Assembly: GCA_000320545.1 (NCBI GenBank)
Contig: ADNK01000171.1
Span: 6,446 to 70,445 of the forward strand
Length of the DNA stretch: 64,000 nucleotides
Reading direction: 5' to 3'
Source of the DNA: Bigelowiella natans CCMP2755
Taxonomy: Eukaryota > Protista > Cercozoa
Position numbers and translations under genes: made by a program. Each line of letters starts with the position of its first letter. Position 1 is the stretch's first letter. Below, in pieces: positions 51,452 to 63,585 of the stretch. The notes below the pieces were generated by a model. It saw only the letters and a program-made list of their open reading frames with translations. It searched no databases and had not been told where the DNA came from.

Positions 51452-52855
51452 ATGAAGTCAGTCTGGACTAAAGCCAATGAAGTGGATTCTTACAATGAAG
51501 AAGAAGAAGTGACGATGTTCGTGAAGAGAAAGCTGTTCATAGCCAGAGTTTCTTCAGTCTCAGCGAAACAAGCACTAGTGACATATGTGAATGAAGACAC
51601 TGGGGAAGATGAAATGATTCTCAGGAGACAATATGCACTTCGGCCTGCTGAATCACTCTCTCTGAGGAACTTTAGAGATGAATCATTTAGGATTCCACTA
51701 CCTCGCAAAGCCATAGATCTAGCTCGACACCTTGAGGAAGGGGATGTCATCCAAATTGTCCAAGCCACAGTAACCTATGCTGCAGATGGTACCTCTGAAG
51801 ATGTTTTACTTCGGGCTCCCCTGATCTCTGGTAGATTAAATCGAGAAAAGGTCAAAACCTGCGAGGTGGTAGTTGAGGACAACCTCCCTGTGAAATTTGA
51901 TGAAATATTGGAAACTTGCGAAGCTTCTTCAGCAGATGCTACTTGTAAGGCTACTACTGCTGCTGCTGATGAGGTTGATGACGACGACACTGTCTCGACT
52001 GTCACCGAAACTGTTGATGGAGAGCAGAATGACGTGATAGGCAACAGTGAAATAGAACCTGAGGAGATGAAGGCACATGAGAGCCACGACTGCGACGACC
52101 TTGGGGAAAGGGTTTATGCTCAGATGGACTCAATCATTTGTAAATTGACAGGCATGTTTCTTGAAAATGAGAGGGAGCAAGTTGAAGCAGTCATATGTGA
52201 TAAGTTTACGCTTCGTGAGGGAATGATCAGAGCTTTACAGCATCTCAACGAAGCAGAGAAAGAAGAGCAGCTGCCTACTTCAGAAGTGAAAACACAACTG
52301 GATACTCCTACTCGTGCTCCTGTGGTTCAGCCTCCAAAGACAAAGACTAAGCAAGATTGGAAGGATTTGAGAAGAAAATTAAGAGGAGAACCACAGTGTA
52401 CTGAGAGAGCGAGCAATGTGAAGAGGGAGAAGGTTTCGAAGGCTCCAGAGGAATTTGAACAGAAATCTGAGCTATCTAAATTGCATCGAGCAGATACCAG
52501 AACAATGAAGAGCCTTGAGATCCCTTCTCTGTTGAAGCCTATTCATGGTGGTGATGATGGCTGGAAGACTGTCACAAGCAAGAAACCCAAGAGAAGGTAT
52601 CTGAAACTTCGGATCGAAGATCTTAGAGCTGGAGACGAGTACGTGGGAGAAGTTACGGACGCCTTCAACTTCGGTTGCTTCATAAACTTCGGATGTGAAA
52701 AGGAAGGACTCATGCGCTATGCCCACCCACGGAGCAAATCTGTGGGGCCTAAGGACAGGTTCGGGGTGAAGCGGGGGCAGAAAATGAAGGTCAGGGTGTT
52801 CAATGCTGACAGCTGTCGTCGAAGGATTAATCTAGACTTTGTCCACTATGCTTGA
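51452..52855 (+). CDS. Intronless 467-aa protein with an MLLE/PABC-like domain and a C-terminal S1 RNA-binding domain
   Basis: DLGERVYAQM..KLTGMFLE..LREGMIRALQHL resembles the MLLE consensus LGERLFPLI..KITGMLLE. IEDLRAGDEYVGEVTDAFNFGCFINFG..EGLM..GQKMKVRVFNADSCRRRINL resembles a Tex/rpS1-type S1 domain. Confidence 0.8.
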   Translation: MKSVWTKANEVDSYNEEEEVTMFVKRKLFIARVSSVSAKQALVTYVNEDTGEDEMILRRQYALRPAESLSLRNFRDESFRIPLPRKAIDLARHLEEGDVIQIVQATVTYAADGTSEDVLLRAPLISGRLNREKVKTCEVVVEDNLPVKFDEILETCEASSADATCKATTAAADEVDDDDTVSTVTETVDGEQNDVIGNSEIEPEEMKAHESHDCDDLGERVYAQMDSIICKLTGMFLENEREQVEAVICDKFTLREGMIRALQHLNEAEKEEQLPTSEVKTQLDTPTRAPVVQPPKTKTKQDWKDLRRKLRGEPQCTERASNVKREKVSKAPEEFEQKSELSKLHRADTRTMKSLEIPSLLKPIHGGDDGWKTVTSKKPKRRYLKLRIEDLRAGDEYVGEVTDAFNFGCFINFGCEKEGLMRYAHPRSKSVGPKDRFGVKRGQKMKVRVFNADSCRRRINLDFVHYA

Positions 52856-53063
52856 TGTGGTACAAGAGTCCAAAGGAACAAAAAGTAACAAGAACAAGGA
52901 ATCAGAACAAAGGCTTGTGCACATGAGCAGACATTTACAGATTCACTCGATGTCACTGGTCTCAGAAATGTTCAAGGCTGACAGCTGTCGTCGAAGGATT
53001 TGTCTAGACTTCGTCCATTATGCCTGATGTGGTACAAGAGTCCAAAGGAACAAAAAGTAACAA
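52797..53063 (+). repeat. 95-bp direct repeat x2 (52797-52891 and 52969-53063) covering the ORF 3' end
   Basis: The copies align without gaps, with 6 mismatches. Confidence 0.95.
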
Positions 53064-53916
53064 TCATTGCGGGCTGCAAATTGTCATAAGGGAACATCGG
53101 CGTAACCCTGAAATTACCGTCTGGAACGGTGCGCCTATTTTCGAATTTTCCTTCAAGACCGTTCCCATCTCAGCGCATATGTGTATGATTTGGATGCAAA
53201 CGTTGTCACAAACATGGAATTTTGCTACGGCATCAACATTGTCTAGCTGTGCATGTGCCTGTGCATTTGCATGTGTGTGCGAATCTACATGTGTGTGTGT
53301 TATGTGTGTGTGCGCGCGCGCGTTGTCTAGTACACGCGCAGCGCAGCTGGCATCGTCGATCACACTAGCTTGGCTAGCTGTGCGACAACGAGGAGGCATT
53401 TCACTTGTACACTTGGTGGCAGTCTAGCAGTCTTACCAGCAGCGTGACTGCTCGCAGCACTGGCCACTGCATGCTATGGCCTCAGCGCGGCAGTGTGCTT
53501 CTTGCACAGCAGCGCATCTTGTTTGCTGCGAAAGCCACCTTCCGCCGTTCTTGCTTGCGCTGATATAGATTGTCACATCATCTGGACATGTGCAAGCTGA
53601 CTGTAAAGTAATTGTCTCCGATGTCCGCGCATCGCTGGAAACACTTTGTTCATTGGATTTTGGTCATTGCATTCATGCAACATGTTGATTGGCGCGGCGG
53701 CCTAGCGTCATGCATGATCGAATCGAACCATGCCGAGGTCATTAGGCGGCATCGGCCATAGCGCTGCATATATGTGAAGCGGATACACACGTTTAACTCA
53801 CATTCATCTGATCTGTTACTACATGCACGCATGCAAAGCTTGTGTGTGCCCACACGGCAGCGCTATCTTGTCACTGACGTTTAGACGTAGGGAATCTATT
53901 AGGTCTAACAACTCAG

Positions 53917-54398
53917 CTACTGGCCAAGACTACCCCTGAACGTTCCAGTCCCCCCGCCACCCTTATTCAGCCTTCTGTTCCTCTTGGATCTATCCCGCTT
54001 TGGCTTCCATTTCAACGATCGCCTTACCCTAAGAGAGAAACAGAGATGTGAATCGACGCCGTACATTGAGAGCTTTATTCTATCATGAAGCAATCCCGTA
54101 TCGTACAGATCAAAACTCTCCATTGCGCATGGATTCAAGCTGAACAAGTCGGACTCTGTTCGAAACTGGCGCGTGCGACATGTTTGTATGTAAAACGTAC
54201 TGCTGACTACTACCTTGGCATGAATGCGTCGATATAATCTGCAGGATCAGTGTCGGCCTTGAAATCTTCCACATAGCGTCTTCGCAATCTTCCCTTCTCC
54301 GCCATCTTCCAGATATTCTTTTGAAGGAGAAATAGACAACAAACAACGTCGTGTTAAGATCACATAAAGATGCTGCTCCATTGCGACTCACATTATAC

Positions 54399-54439
<41 letters not shown>

Positions 54440-55249
54440 AACACACGCATGCATATGCACACACGCGGTTTTTTGGGTAAATAGCCAACCGACCAGCTTT
54501 CGCTCCAGCTTTATGTCGAGTTTCTTTGTCTTTATGGCATTGCGCTTGTTACGCCCCGTATCAGCTGAGCGTACTGGAAAAGAATAATAACCGAAGAAAG
54601 ATGAGAGATGAAACATGGCTGGTGACACTCTCGAAAATAACACAGTTGTCCTTAAAAGGGGGCGGTGGCGCGGTGGCGCGGTTAGGGAATTTTTCTTATT
54701 CTCTGCAGCCTCCTTCATCCTCAAAATGAAACACGGAGGACAACAAACAGACGTGGCCAATGGGCACTTACTTCCTTTAATTTCAGAGGATCCTGTGATC
54801 TGGTAGTTGTACGGCAGCTTTTGGGGATTTTGCAGGATTTTTTTGTACCAAAGCGGTGTGCGCTTCCCCCAAAAGTAGTTGCCCTGTCGGGAGGGGCGCC
54901 GTTTTGTCTTTGATTACGATGACTCTCTCCCTCCCCCCCCCCCCCCCTCTCTCTCTCTCTCTTTGTATAGGCTTTTGCATAGGCGGGTAAGTGTTGGCAA
55001 GGATGAAAGAGGGGGGAGGCGCGGAGGAATGGGGATTGTGAAGTACCTCTTTTCCTTTCATCACTTTGAGTCCCTCCTCAGCCGAATTCAGCATAGGCTA
55101 TGCATACACGCACGCACGCACAAAAGAACGGCGAGCAACCGGTAAAGAGAACATCCATTGCTCTTGTTTGCGCTCCATAATACATTTGCAAGCAAGTACA
55201 CACACACATATACACACACATACACACAGAGAGAGAGACAGAGAGAGAC

Positions 55250-55300
<51 letters not shown>

Positions 55301-56141
55301 AAGAGACGCAGGCACACATACAAGCACTTCTCCTACTACCTCAAGCTCGTCGTCAAAGCCCATCGGAGGATTCGCTATTAGAGTCCCACCCATTGTTGGA
55401 TGGCTGCTATTGCTGTCCGTCACGCCGTACCTGTTTGTCATTGAGATCAAAGGCAAATCAGGGAACAGCAACAACCGCCATCACCCATGCTGTGGTGGTG
55501 GTCTTGGGGTTGGGATTGACGCATCGTCAACCATTTGCCATCATCACCACCATCACCCTCATCATCATCATCACCATTGCCATCATCTGCCCTACTACTA
55601 CAGCTACTACGGCTGCCTCCATCATCAATACCGAAACGATCATCGTCATCATCATCATCATCATCGCAATTACCATCCACCACCACCACCACCACCACCA
55701 CTACCATTACTACTACTACAACTACAACAACTTCTACCTCCAGTCGCAGCCCATGACGAATCGAAAGCCTCGCTTCACGACTCTGTTGTGGTTTTTGGGG
55801 GGTGTAGGATAAACATACATACGATAAACATCTTTCAGTGACGACACGCACACGCCGCGAGCGGAGAGCGAAAAGACTGCGTTAGTGGTTCTCTGTGGGG
55901 GGGGGAGGGGGGAGAAGCATCATTTTCCGTTGGTCCCCTGTGCAGCACGGCAGAGAGCGTCGATGGGACTGTTTTCATAATCGTCGAGGAGGAGGAGGAG
56001 GAGGAGGAGGAGGAGGAGGACGCAAATGATGATGATGATGACCTTTCATAGATCTTCTGTGCTTCTCGACGGTCGGAGTTTTTCATCAGAGGTGATGCCT
56101 GTTGTGAATACGTCTATATGTATATGATTTATATATAAATT

Positions 56142-56173
<32 letters not shown>

Positions 56174-56406
56174 GATCAAAAACATAACTAGTGATGCTCT
56201 TTTGTGTGTAGGATGCGAATTTCCCCCCCCCTCTCTCATCATCGTCATCACGGCATCGTCATCACGGGCATGATGACGTCATGGTACCTCTTGGTCGTCC
56301 TCCGCAACCTGGATGACCAGCAGATTGACCAGCACCGGATTCGATTCGTATCATAAAAAAAACCATTGATGTCAGGAACTAATGCACGCATATTAATTTT
56401 CCAATG

Positions 56407-56459
<53 letters not shown>

Positions 56460-56555
56460 CCATATGAGTGTGGGTTGTGGTTGCACACATCTCATCTACA
56501 GCATATTCTGTGAGCTTTTCATAGGAATGGGGGGAGAGGGAGGAGGGACACGGAG

Positions 56556-56594
<39 letters not shown>

Positions 56595-56784
56595 AACACG
56601 GCCTTTTGATGATGAAGACATCAGTCCAACAAAGACGGCATCAGCACAATGGTAGCAACAGCAGCAGCGGCTCACACCTCTAGCCCGCTCATCACATGCT
56701 TGATTTCGCCTTCTCCGTTGTACCTGATGTGTGGTTGGGAGATGGGCAAAGTTAAGCTTATGTCTTTTATATTATTAAATAAAT

Positions 56785-56840
<56 letters not shown>

Positions 56841-57396
56841 CATGATTGAGACAGCACACAACACCCATCGGCATCGCCACCATCACAGTCCTCCTCTCAT
56901 CTATGTCAATATTCTAGCGATGGCCCTTACGTGATCATCACGGTCGCCTGAGGGAAGCGGTCAAGGTATCTGGGCCATATTCATCCACCAATCAATCAAT
57001 CAATCAAATCAATCCAATCAATCAGTCTTCATTGCGTTGTGCGCGCGGTTTATGGGTACTGGACAATCGTTCGAAATATTATGACCACTGCAGCAGATGG
57101 GGCACCTGCAGCTTTTTGAGTACGTTTGTGTGAGTGTGTGCGCGCGCGCGCGCGTGTTCAAATCAATCATCACCGAATGAAATCCGCGGGCTGTTCCTGG
57201 AAATCGCAGTCATACACCACGACGCCTAACCACATTCATTGGGCGCATCAGCAGGGATACAGGAGGTTGATGCAGAAGATCGGGGGGGTGGGGGGGGGGG
57301 ATCGTTGTTATTGGTGTTGTACCGTTCGGATTTCGTGGCGGCAGTTGCGACCTCATAAGATCCTTGGGACTCTGAGCATAAGAGAGTACAGACTTA

Positions 57397-57435
<39 letters not shown>

Positions 57436-57597
57436 TACTACTGCAGAGTACGGCTACTGGGCTACTCCCTCCTACCCCTATTAGTAGCCAGCACGCACGC
57501 ACGCACGCCCCATTTTCAAAATAAAGATGCGATCTTCGTAACCATATTTTTCCAGGAGTTTTTTGTAAAAATCCGGGTCCTGGGGGGGGGGGGGTTG

Positions 57598-57641
<44 letters not shown>

Positions 57642-57991
57642 GAAGGTGGAAACAAATGAAAACATGCGTATGGCTTGACATCTTTATAAGTTGATAGCAA
57701 TCGCACCGATGATGACAATTCCACCTACTAATATACTCGTCATTATCGTTGTTTTTTTTTTGGGTTCCTTCTTAACTAATGGCGTCTATTTCGAACACCC
57801 ACCTCCTCTGCCATAATCAACCGATCGTGTGGGCGCATGTAGTGCCTACATCAAATCAATCACACGGGGATTACGTTATCAACGCACGCAGTAGAGTTGG
57901 TTCTTAATTTTTTTTTTGAAAGTTGAATTTGTACTACCAAATACATATTTTGTACACCCATGATGGTCTTATTATGCTGGCTTGTCTGCAA

Positions 57992-58031
<40 letters not shown>

Positions 58032-58206
58032 ATTGATGCTCTTTCGGTAGTTCCTTTTCACATCGCTACCTGCAGATCTCCCCATTTGATGGTATGTACT
58101 GTAGCTTATCGTATAGAAACCCGTCCTTACCACTGTTTGATAGATTGGCAGAAGAGCATCTCATGATGATGAAAATGATGATTATGATGATGATGTACGA
58201 CGTGAC

Positions 58207-58242
<36 letters not shown>

Positions 58243-58412
58243 ATTATTTATTCTTCCCCCCTTTTCCCCCCCCAGTATATACATGTTGTTATGCTTCAGG
58301 ATCTTGATGTAATCGCGGAAGAAGGGATCCCTTTTGAGCCTCCCAAGCCTGTTTTTCTCATTCTCCCACAGTAGGTCGGCGCCAGCTAAACCACACATGA
58401 ACATTTGAACGA

Positions 58413-58451
<39 letters not shown>

Positions 58452-58709
58452 TACATAGCTTCTGTCGAGTATCTATTTATACTGCGACTACTGCTGCTGT
58501 TGTTGCTCCTACTACTAGTTCTGCTGCTACCTCCTACTGCTACTGCTACTACTACTCTACCTCTGATCATGGGAGAGATGCTTCCGGATCGGTCAATGCG
58601 GTGGATTCCTGCTCCAGCCTGCATTAACCCCGAACGTACGCATTAATAACCGACTGACTGACTGACTGACTAACTTGTCTATATGCTTCCCCCATTCTCC
58701 CCCCCCCCT

Positions 58710-58751
<42 letters not shown>

Positions 58752-59246
58752 CCTGTATTTTGTATACAGATATGCATTCAACGGCATGGGCACCTTTGGG
58801 TCTACGAAGGTCATCGGACTTCTTGTAGCGCGGCGCAGAGATTTGAGCGTGTTGCAGATCACCATCTGACTGAAGACCTTCCCGGCATTGCCTGATTATC
58901 ACACGGGCATGAACGAATCATCAGGCGTTACTACGACACTCGCTCTCCCGCCGACACTTATGCAATCTCGAGTGGTTTTCCATGCGCATGCCAAACGATT
59001 CTTTAAAGATCCCGCAAGGTAGTTGGCAAACTCCCAGCGCTTGTGCGCTCTCGCAATTGTTGGCACGCGTCTTGCACTACAGAGAAGGCCCCCCCCTCAC
59101 TGCCGCTGAAACATTGCGCTTTTCTCCACAATTGAATCAAATGCGCCGACCGTTTCCCATCCCCATCTTTCATCCGTTTTACCGAGTAGGGAGTTGGCGG
59201 TGAAGCCGCCACTGTATCTGCTCCAGCTCGACAAGCTGGACGCCAT
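53917..59246 (-). CDS. Unidentified multi-exon protein (boundaries approximate)
   Basis: In-frame spliceable minus-strand exons include AGAGIHRIDRSGSISPMIR|AGADLLWENEKNRLGRLKRDPFFRDYIKILKHNN, DPDFYKKLLEKYGYEDRIF and DFKADTDPADYIDAFMP. The introns are microsatellite-filled. Confidence 0.5.
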
Positions 59247-59590
59247 TCGAACAGGTAGTGGGAGAGTGGGGGAGGTGCGAGCGCAACGACGCAGGCAACT
59301 CAGCTGGAACCCTTTATATTTCCAAGCTGCGACAACAAAATTATCGGGAAATCTCTTCGTAATGCGATAGACAGCTTTGCGTGATCGAAATATCGTGGGA
59401 TTCTCCAAGGATTCCTTGTCCGCCCCAAGGGTTCGCCGTATTCGTCGCCCATTTTTCGAAGTTTTCCCGACACAAACAAGATCGCAGTGGCCTGATCCGC
59501 CTGAGATTTTTATCTTGCAATGCTTTAAAATGGTTGTCGCATTGGATAATTTCAGTTCAATTTTGGTCAGAAATGAATTACGAAGGGGCG

Positions 59591-62522
59591 ATGGCGGCGA
59601 ACGGGTTCCCGCGCTTTGACCTATCGCGGTTCAGGACAATGTACGATTTGGTGCTGTGAGGGTTTCTAGCGAGGAATTTTGAAGGCAATCTATTCTGTCT
59701 ATCTTTCAACATATAGGTCCGAGCGGCCTCGGGCGATGCATGAAAGATGGCTTCATGATTGGAGATCGCAGCGAGAGGCGCTTCAGTACAAATACAAATA
59801 CATAGGAAGTTATCTTAGATGCATATCAAACCTTATCCCTCCTGGACAAAAGTTGCTGTGAATCTGGCTATTCTCCATCCTTTCCCATCCAATTTATGCG
59901 CGCTTTCTTGCGTGACTCTAAATCTGCCGTTGATAAGTTTCTGCATTTCGTTGAAACTTCATCAGGGAAGCTGTGACGGAGCGAGAGATGAGGGTCCTGA
60001 CACAGAAGGCCGATACATGGTACGCAATCTTCCTGTATTTCCTTCGGAGTAGTGCGTCTGAGTTTATCGTACAAAGCTGCGGGGAATAAGACCTTGGAAC
60101 TAATAACATACTTTCCCAGTAACCGCATCATTCTGACATCATATCCTCCTCCAGGCATGAGGCAAAAATAGAGCGCAAGGCTTGGTGGAATTGGCGCAAA
60201 ATGACACGAATTTCATGGTAGTATTCTCAGAACCATCAACAAAATAAGAGTTTATGTGGCCCGCCATCACCCTTTCACTCATTTTCCTTTCCTTGCAGGG
60301 AAGAAGGGAAGGAAGCCAGACGCGTATGGCGCAGGCAGGGGCTCGAGCGATTTTTAAGGTTTTGGCTTGAGCAGAGTACTAGAAGAAGAAGACGAAAGCA
60401 ATAGTCTCGCGTTTGTCTGCTATAACATCATGGGTGGAGCAGATTACCTGTGTGTTGCATGCATAATGTGGCCATTATAATAATGTCGCGGATGATGATG
60501 ATGATGAAAATAGGAAGTGGAAGTTCCACACAGCTACGCAGCAACGGAAAGTGGCGCTGAATCTTCTCGCGTGGGAGCATAGCCGTTTTGCTCTAGGAAG
60601 AAGAGGTTCCTCACACACACACACACACATACACATACACACACACGCAAAGACACTGATTCAATTAACTGTTTCTCCTCCCTCCCCTCCCCCTATTTCT
60701 TCCCCCCTCCCCCGCAATAACATACTCATGCACTAATCCACACTTACACCAACTCTCCACTGCCGCAGTTTTGAAAGACATGGTGGCCGCGGGGCGCGCT
60801 TGCAAAGCTGAACGCGCCCGCATAGCCCAGATGGCGACAGGTCTGCTGCCGCTGCTGCTCCCTACCATCCTCTTTCATACAGGAAGAGACACATCTCCCC
60901 GCGCTGACGAAAAGCGAAGTCGTCTGAGCGAATGCACTGACGTGACGGCATTGCTCCTTTTTCATTGTCTTTGGTTCGGTTTCTGTCTGTCTGTCTGTGC
61001 AGCGCGGATACTGGTGTTGAAGTGCAAATGGCGCTTGCTCACGTGGCGGTCCGACACGCGTCGGAGGAGGAGCGAGCGGGCGAGCATCTGGAGAGCGGTA
61101 CGGCGTTTGTGCGCAGGCGCGCAAGAAGATGTTTGGCGCAACAACAACGATAACAACAGCAACAACAACAACGGCGTGAAGCTCGTCTCCTCAGCTTGTG
61201 AGGTGTATATTAATATGTCCTCTGCCGCTGCTGCTTCGTCTCCTCCTCTCCCCCCCCCACACAGATGGTAGGATCGGGACTGCGTCGCTGGGCATCGTTT
61301 GTTGTCGACGCCAGATACAACCGGAGGTATGTGCTGCATTTATTCCTATGTATGATAATGAGATTTTCTGCGCCCACCTAAGAGTCTGCATGACACGCAA
61401 CTACCATCATCATCGTCATCGTCGTCGTCACAGTCTTATGCGAAACCAACCGCCAAGGCCGCACACACACAACGCCGCCAATCCAAAGTGTGCACTAGTA
61501 TACGTGCCCCCCACCCAAGATCATTCCTCTTCCACTGCGGCTTGCTGCTGCTACTCCTCACCAAAATACTGCTGCTGCTTGCCAACACACGCGTTCTCCC
61601 AACAGGCTACACCTGCTCAGCCTCGGCCTTATCCGCCACAGCCGCCTCCAACGCGGCGTGCGTGCGCTTCTCCACCTTGCGCGGGTGAATCGACCAAGGG
61701 TCCTTCTCTGCCGCGCGTCGGCCCAACGCCAAGCTGCCAAGGCAATGCGTGTGTGGCGGGTGGAACTTGCTCTCCGAAAGAGGAGCAATCATGGCTGCGA
61801 CGGACTCATCGTGCACAAGTTGCTGGCGCTCTGTGGAGGTGGGCCCGTTGGGCACGCGGCAAGCGCCATCGACGCGCTGAGGAGGAGGCACGTGCTCGCG
61901 TGGCCACAGTGCAATGGTATAGTGCTAGTGTGTAGGTCCTGCCCCTCCCCCTCCCCCCTCTTTTTTTTTTAAAATCGATCTCATCGATGCATTCGAAAGG
62001 GCTAGAGAGAGGTGTTCGGCCTTCTCTTCAGTTTTGTGCGAAGTCTTTCAAGCGCAGGATGTGATTCGTTTTGAGAGTTGTTGTCCGTTTTCGATCGATC
62101 AGACAGATTTTGCAACCGCATGCACGCATGCTACAGCTATCATCGCTGCCATCGCCATCATCACTGCCATCGCCATCATCTTGACCATCATTATTCCACG
62201 AAAAAATCCTGATACGTCGCCGAAAAATATTAGGTACCGCACCATGATCGCAGGCACCATGAAGCACTGGTATCTCCGCACCTGCGAAGCCGTCAATTTG
62301 ACCATCCTCGCCGTCGAGGAGGAGCGGCAAAGAGAAATCCAACGACACCGGGTGGCTCAGGAGCAACGCTCGGAGCATAAGGAAGAGGACCTCACCGGCG
62401 GTGAAGACGAAACTGACGAGGAAGCACTCCGGCCCTCCTCTACTCCTCCATACGGCGTAACTGTGGTTTTCCCCGCGGCCTCGGCCCACCGTTCAGGCAG
62501 CGAGAGAACGCAGCGGCAGTAG
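59591..62522 (+). CDS. Sfi1-repeat-like (putative centrin-binding) Trp/Arg-rich protein
   Basis: Spliced repeats KADTWHEAKIERKAWWNWRK, EARRVWRRQGLERFL, RQAAKAMRVWRV and MIAGTMKHWY resemble the Sfi1 A-x7-LL-x3-F-x2-W pattern. Confidence 0.5.
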
Positions 62523-63206
62523 TGCTGCTGCTGCGCTATGAGTCACTTTCTGCTGCTGCTGCAGCAGCGTCGTGATGAGTGGCGAGAAAATAACAGGGGT
62601 CATTGTCGATCCTAGATCGCCACACGATTATTATGCCAGTATTTATTTGTGTGGACGAACAAGTTGAATGAATGTGATTATTATGAGAACTATGTACATT
62701 GCACATCGCAGCGGACGGAGGGCCACCATGCTATGTATGCGCGTCGAATGCTTGCTATTATTCGCAGTTGCTTGTTGAATTAGTAAAAAGCGGCGCGTAT
62801 GCATCGTATGCATCGTTTGTGTCAAGACCATAGCAAGAAGTGTGGCAATATATCTTGCAGCATACATCACAACGCCCTAGCTAGGTAGCTAGATGATCGC
62901 ATCAACTTTGTGTGCGGAAGACATGCATGTGTGCAGGAGTAATGCATGCAATGCTAATGCAAGGATTTATTGGCCGGCGGACATCGCAACGACTTCTAGA
63001 CGTGTACGAGCGGCAAGCGATAAGATAAGTGTCACGTTCCCAGTCGTACATATGCGTCACGCTAAGTCATAAAAAGTCATAGCTTGGGACGCTTGAATAC
63101 TTACGAGTAACAACAACTTGGTTTGTACATGCATATCGCTAGATCTCTCTCGATTGCCATTATTTTTTCTGTTTGGCGGCTTCAGTACTAATTTTAGCGT
63201 ACAAAT

Positions 63207-63545
63207 CTAGCCGAGTCGTCGATCGGCAGGCTCTGCGTGCGTGCATGTGAAGATGGCCATCAGGATACACTCGTCGCCGCTGATGCGCTCGAGAACCGAC
63301 GACCACATATCTGCAAGGAAGCCCTTCACTGCTTTGTCAATCCACAGTCCCACTGACGACGACGTAAAATGAAGATGATGACGATGATGTTGATGATGAT
63401 GGTAGAGATAATGATGGATAATGATGATAATAACGAACAACGTTGGTGATGGCAACGAGATGATCATCGACAGAGTGAGTGCGCGGACAATGGATGTTGA
63501 TAGCGATGGTAATGAGCATGGTGCTACTGCATGGTTTGGTATCAT

Positions 63546-63585
<40 letters not shown>

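Noticed and set aside
55066-55851. Long ORFs with poly-H/T/I/ER tracts (also 2764-2991, 6083-6322 and others)
   Set aside because: These are translations of intronic microsatellites.
59591-60052. Stand-alone ~80-aa gene with a GC-AG intron
   Set aside because: An all-GT-AG phasing continues into the downstream Trp-repeat exons, so a single longer gene is more parsimonious.
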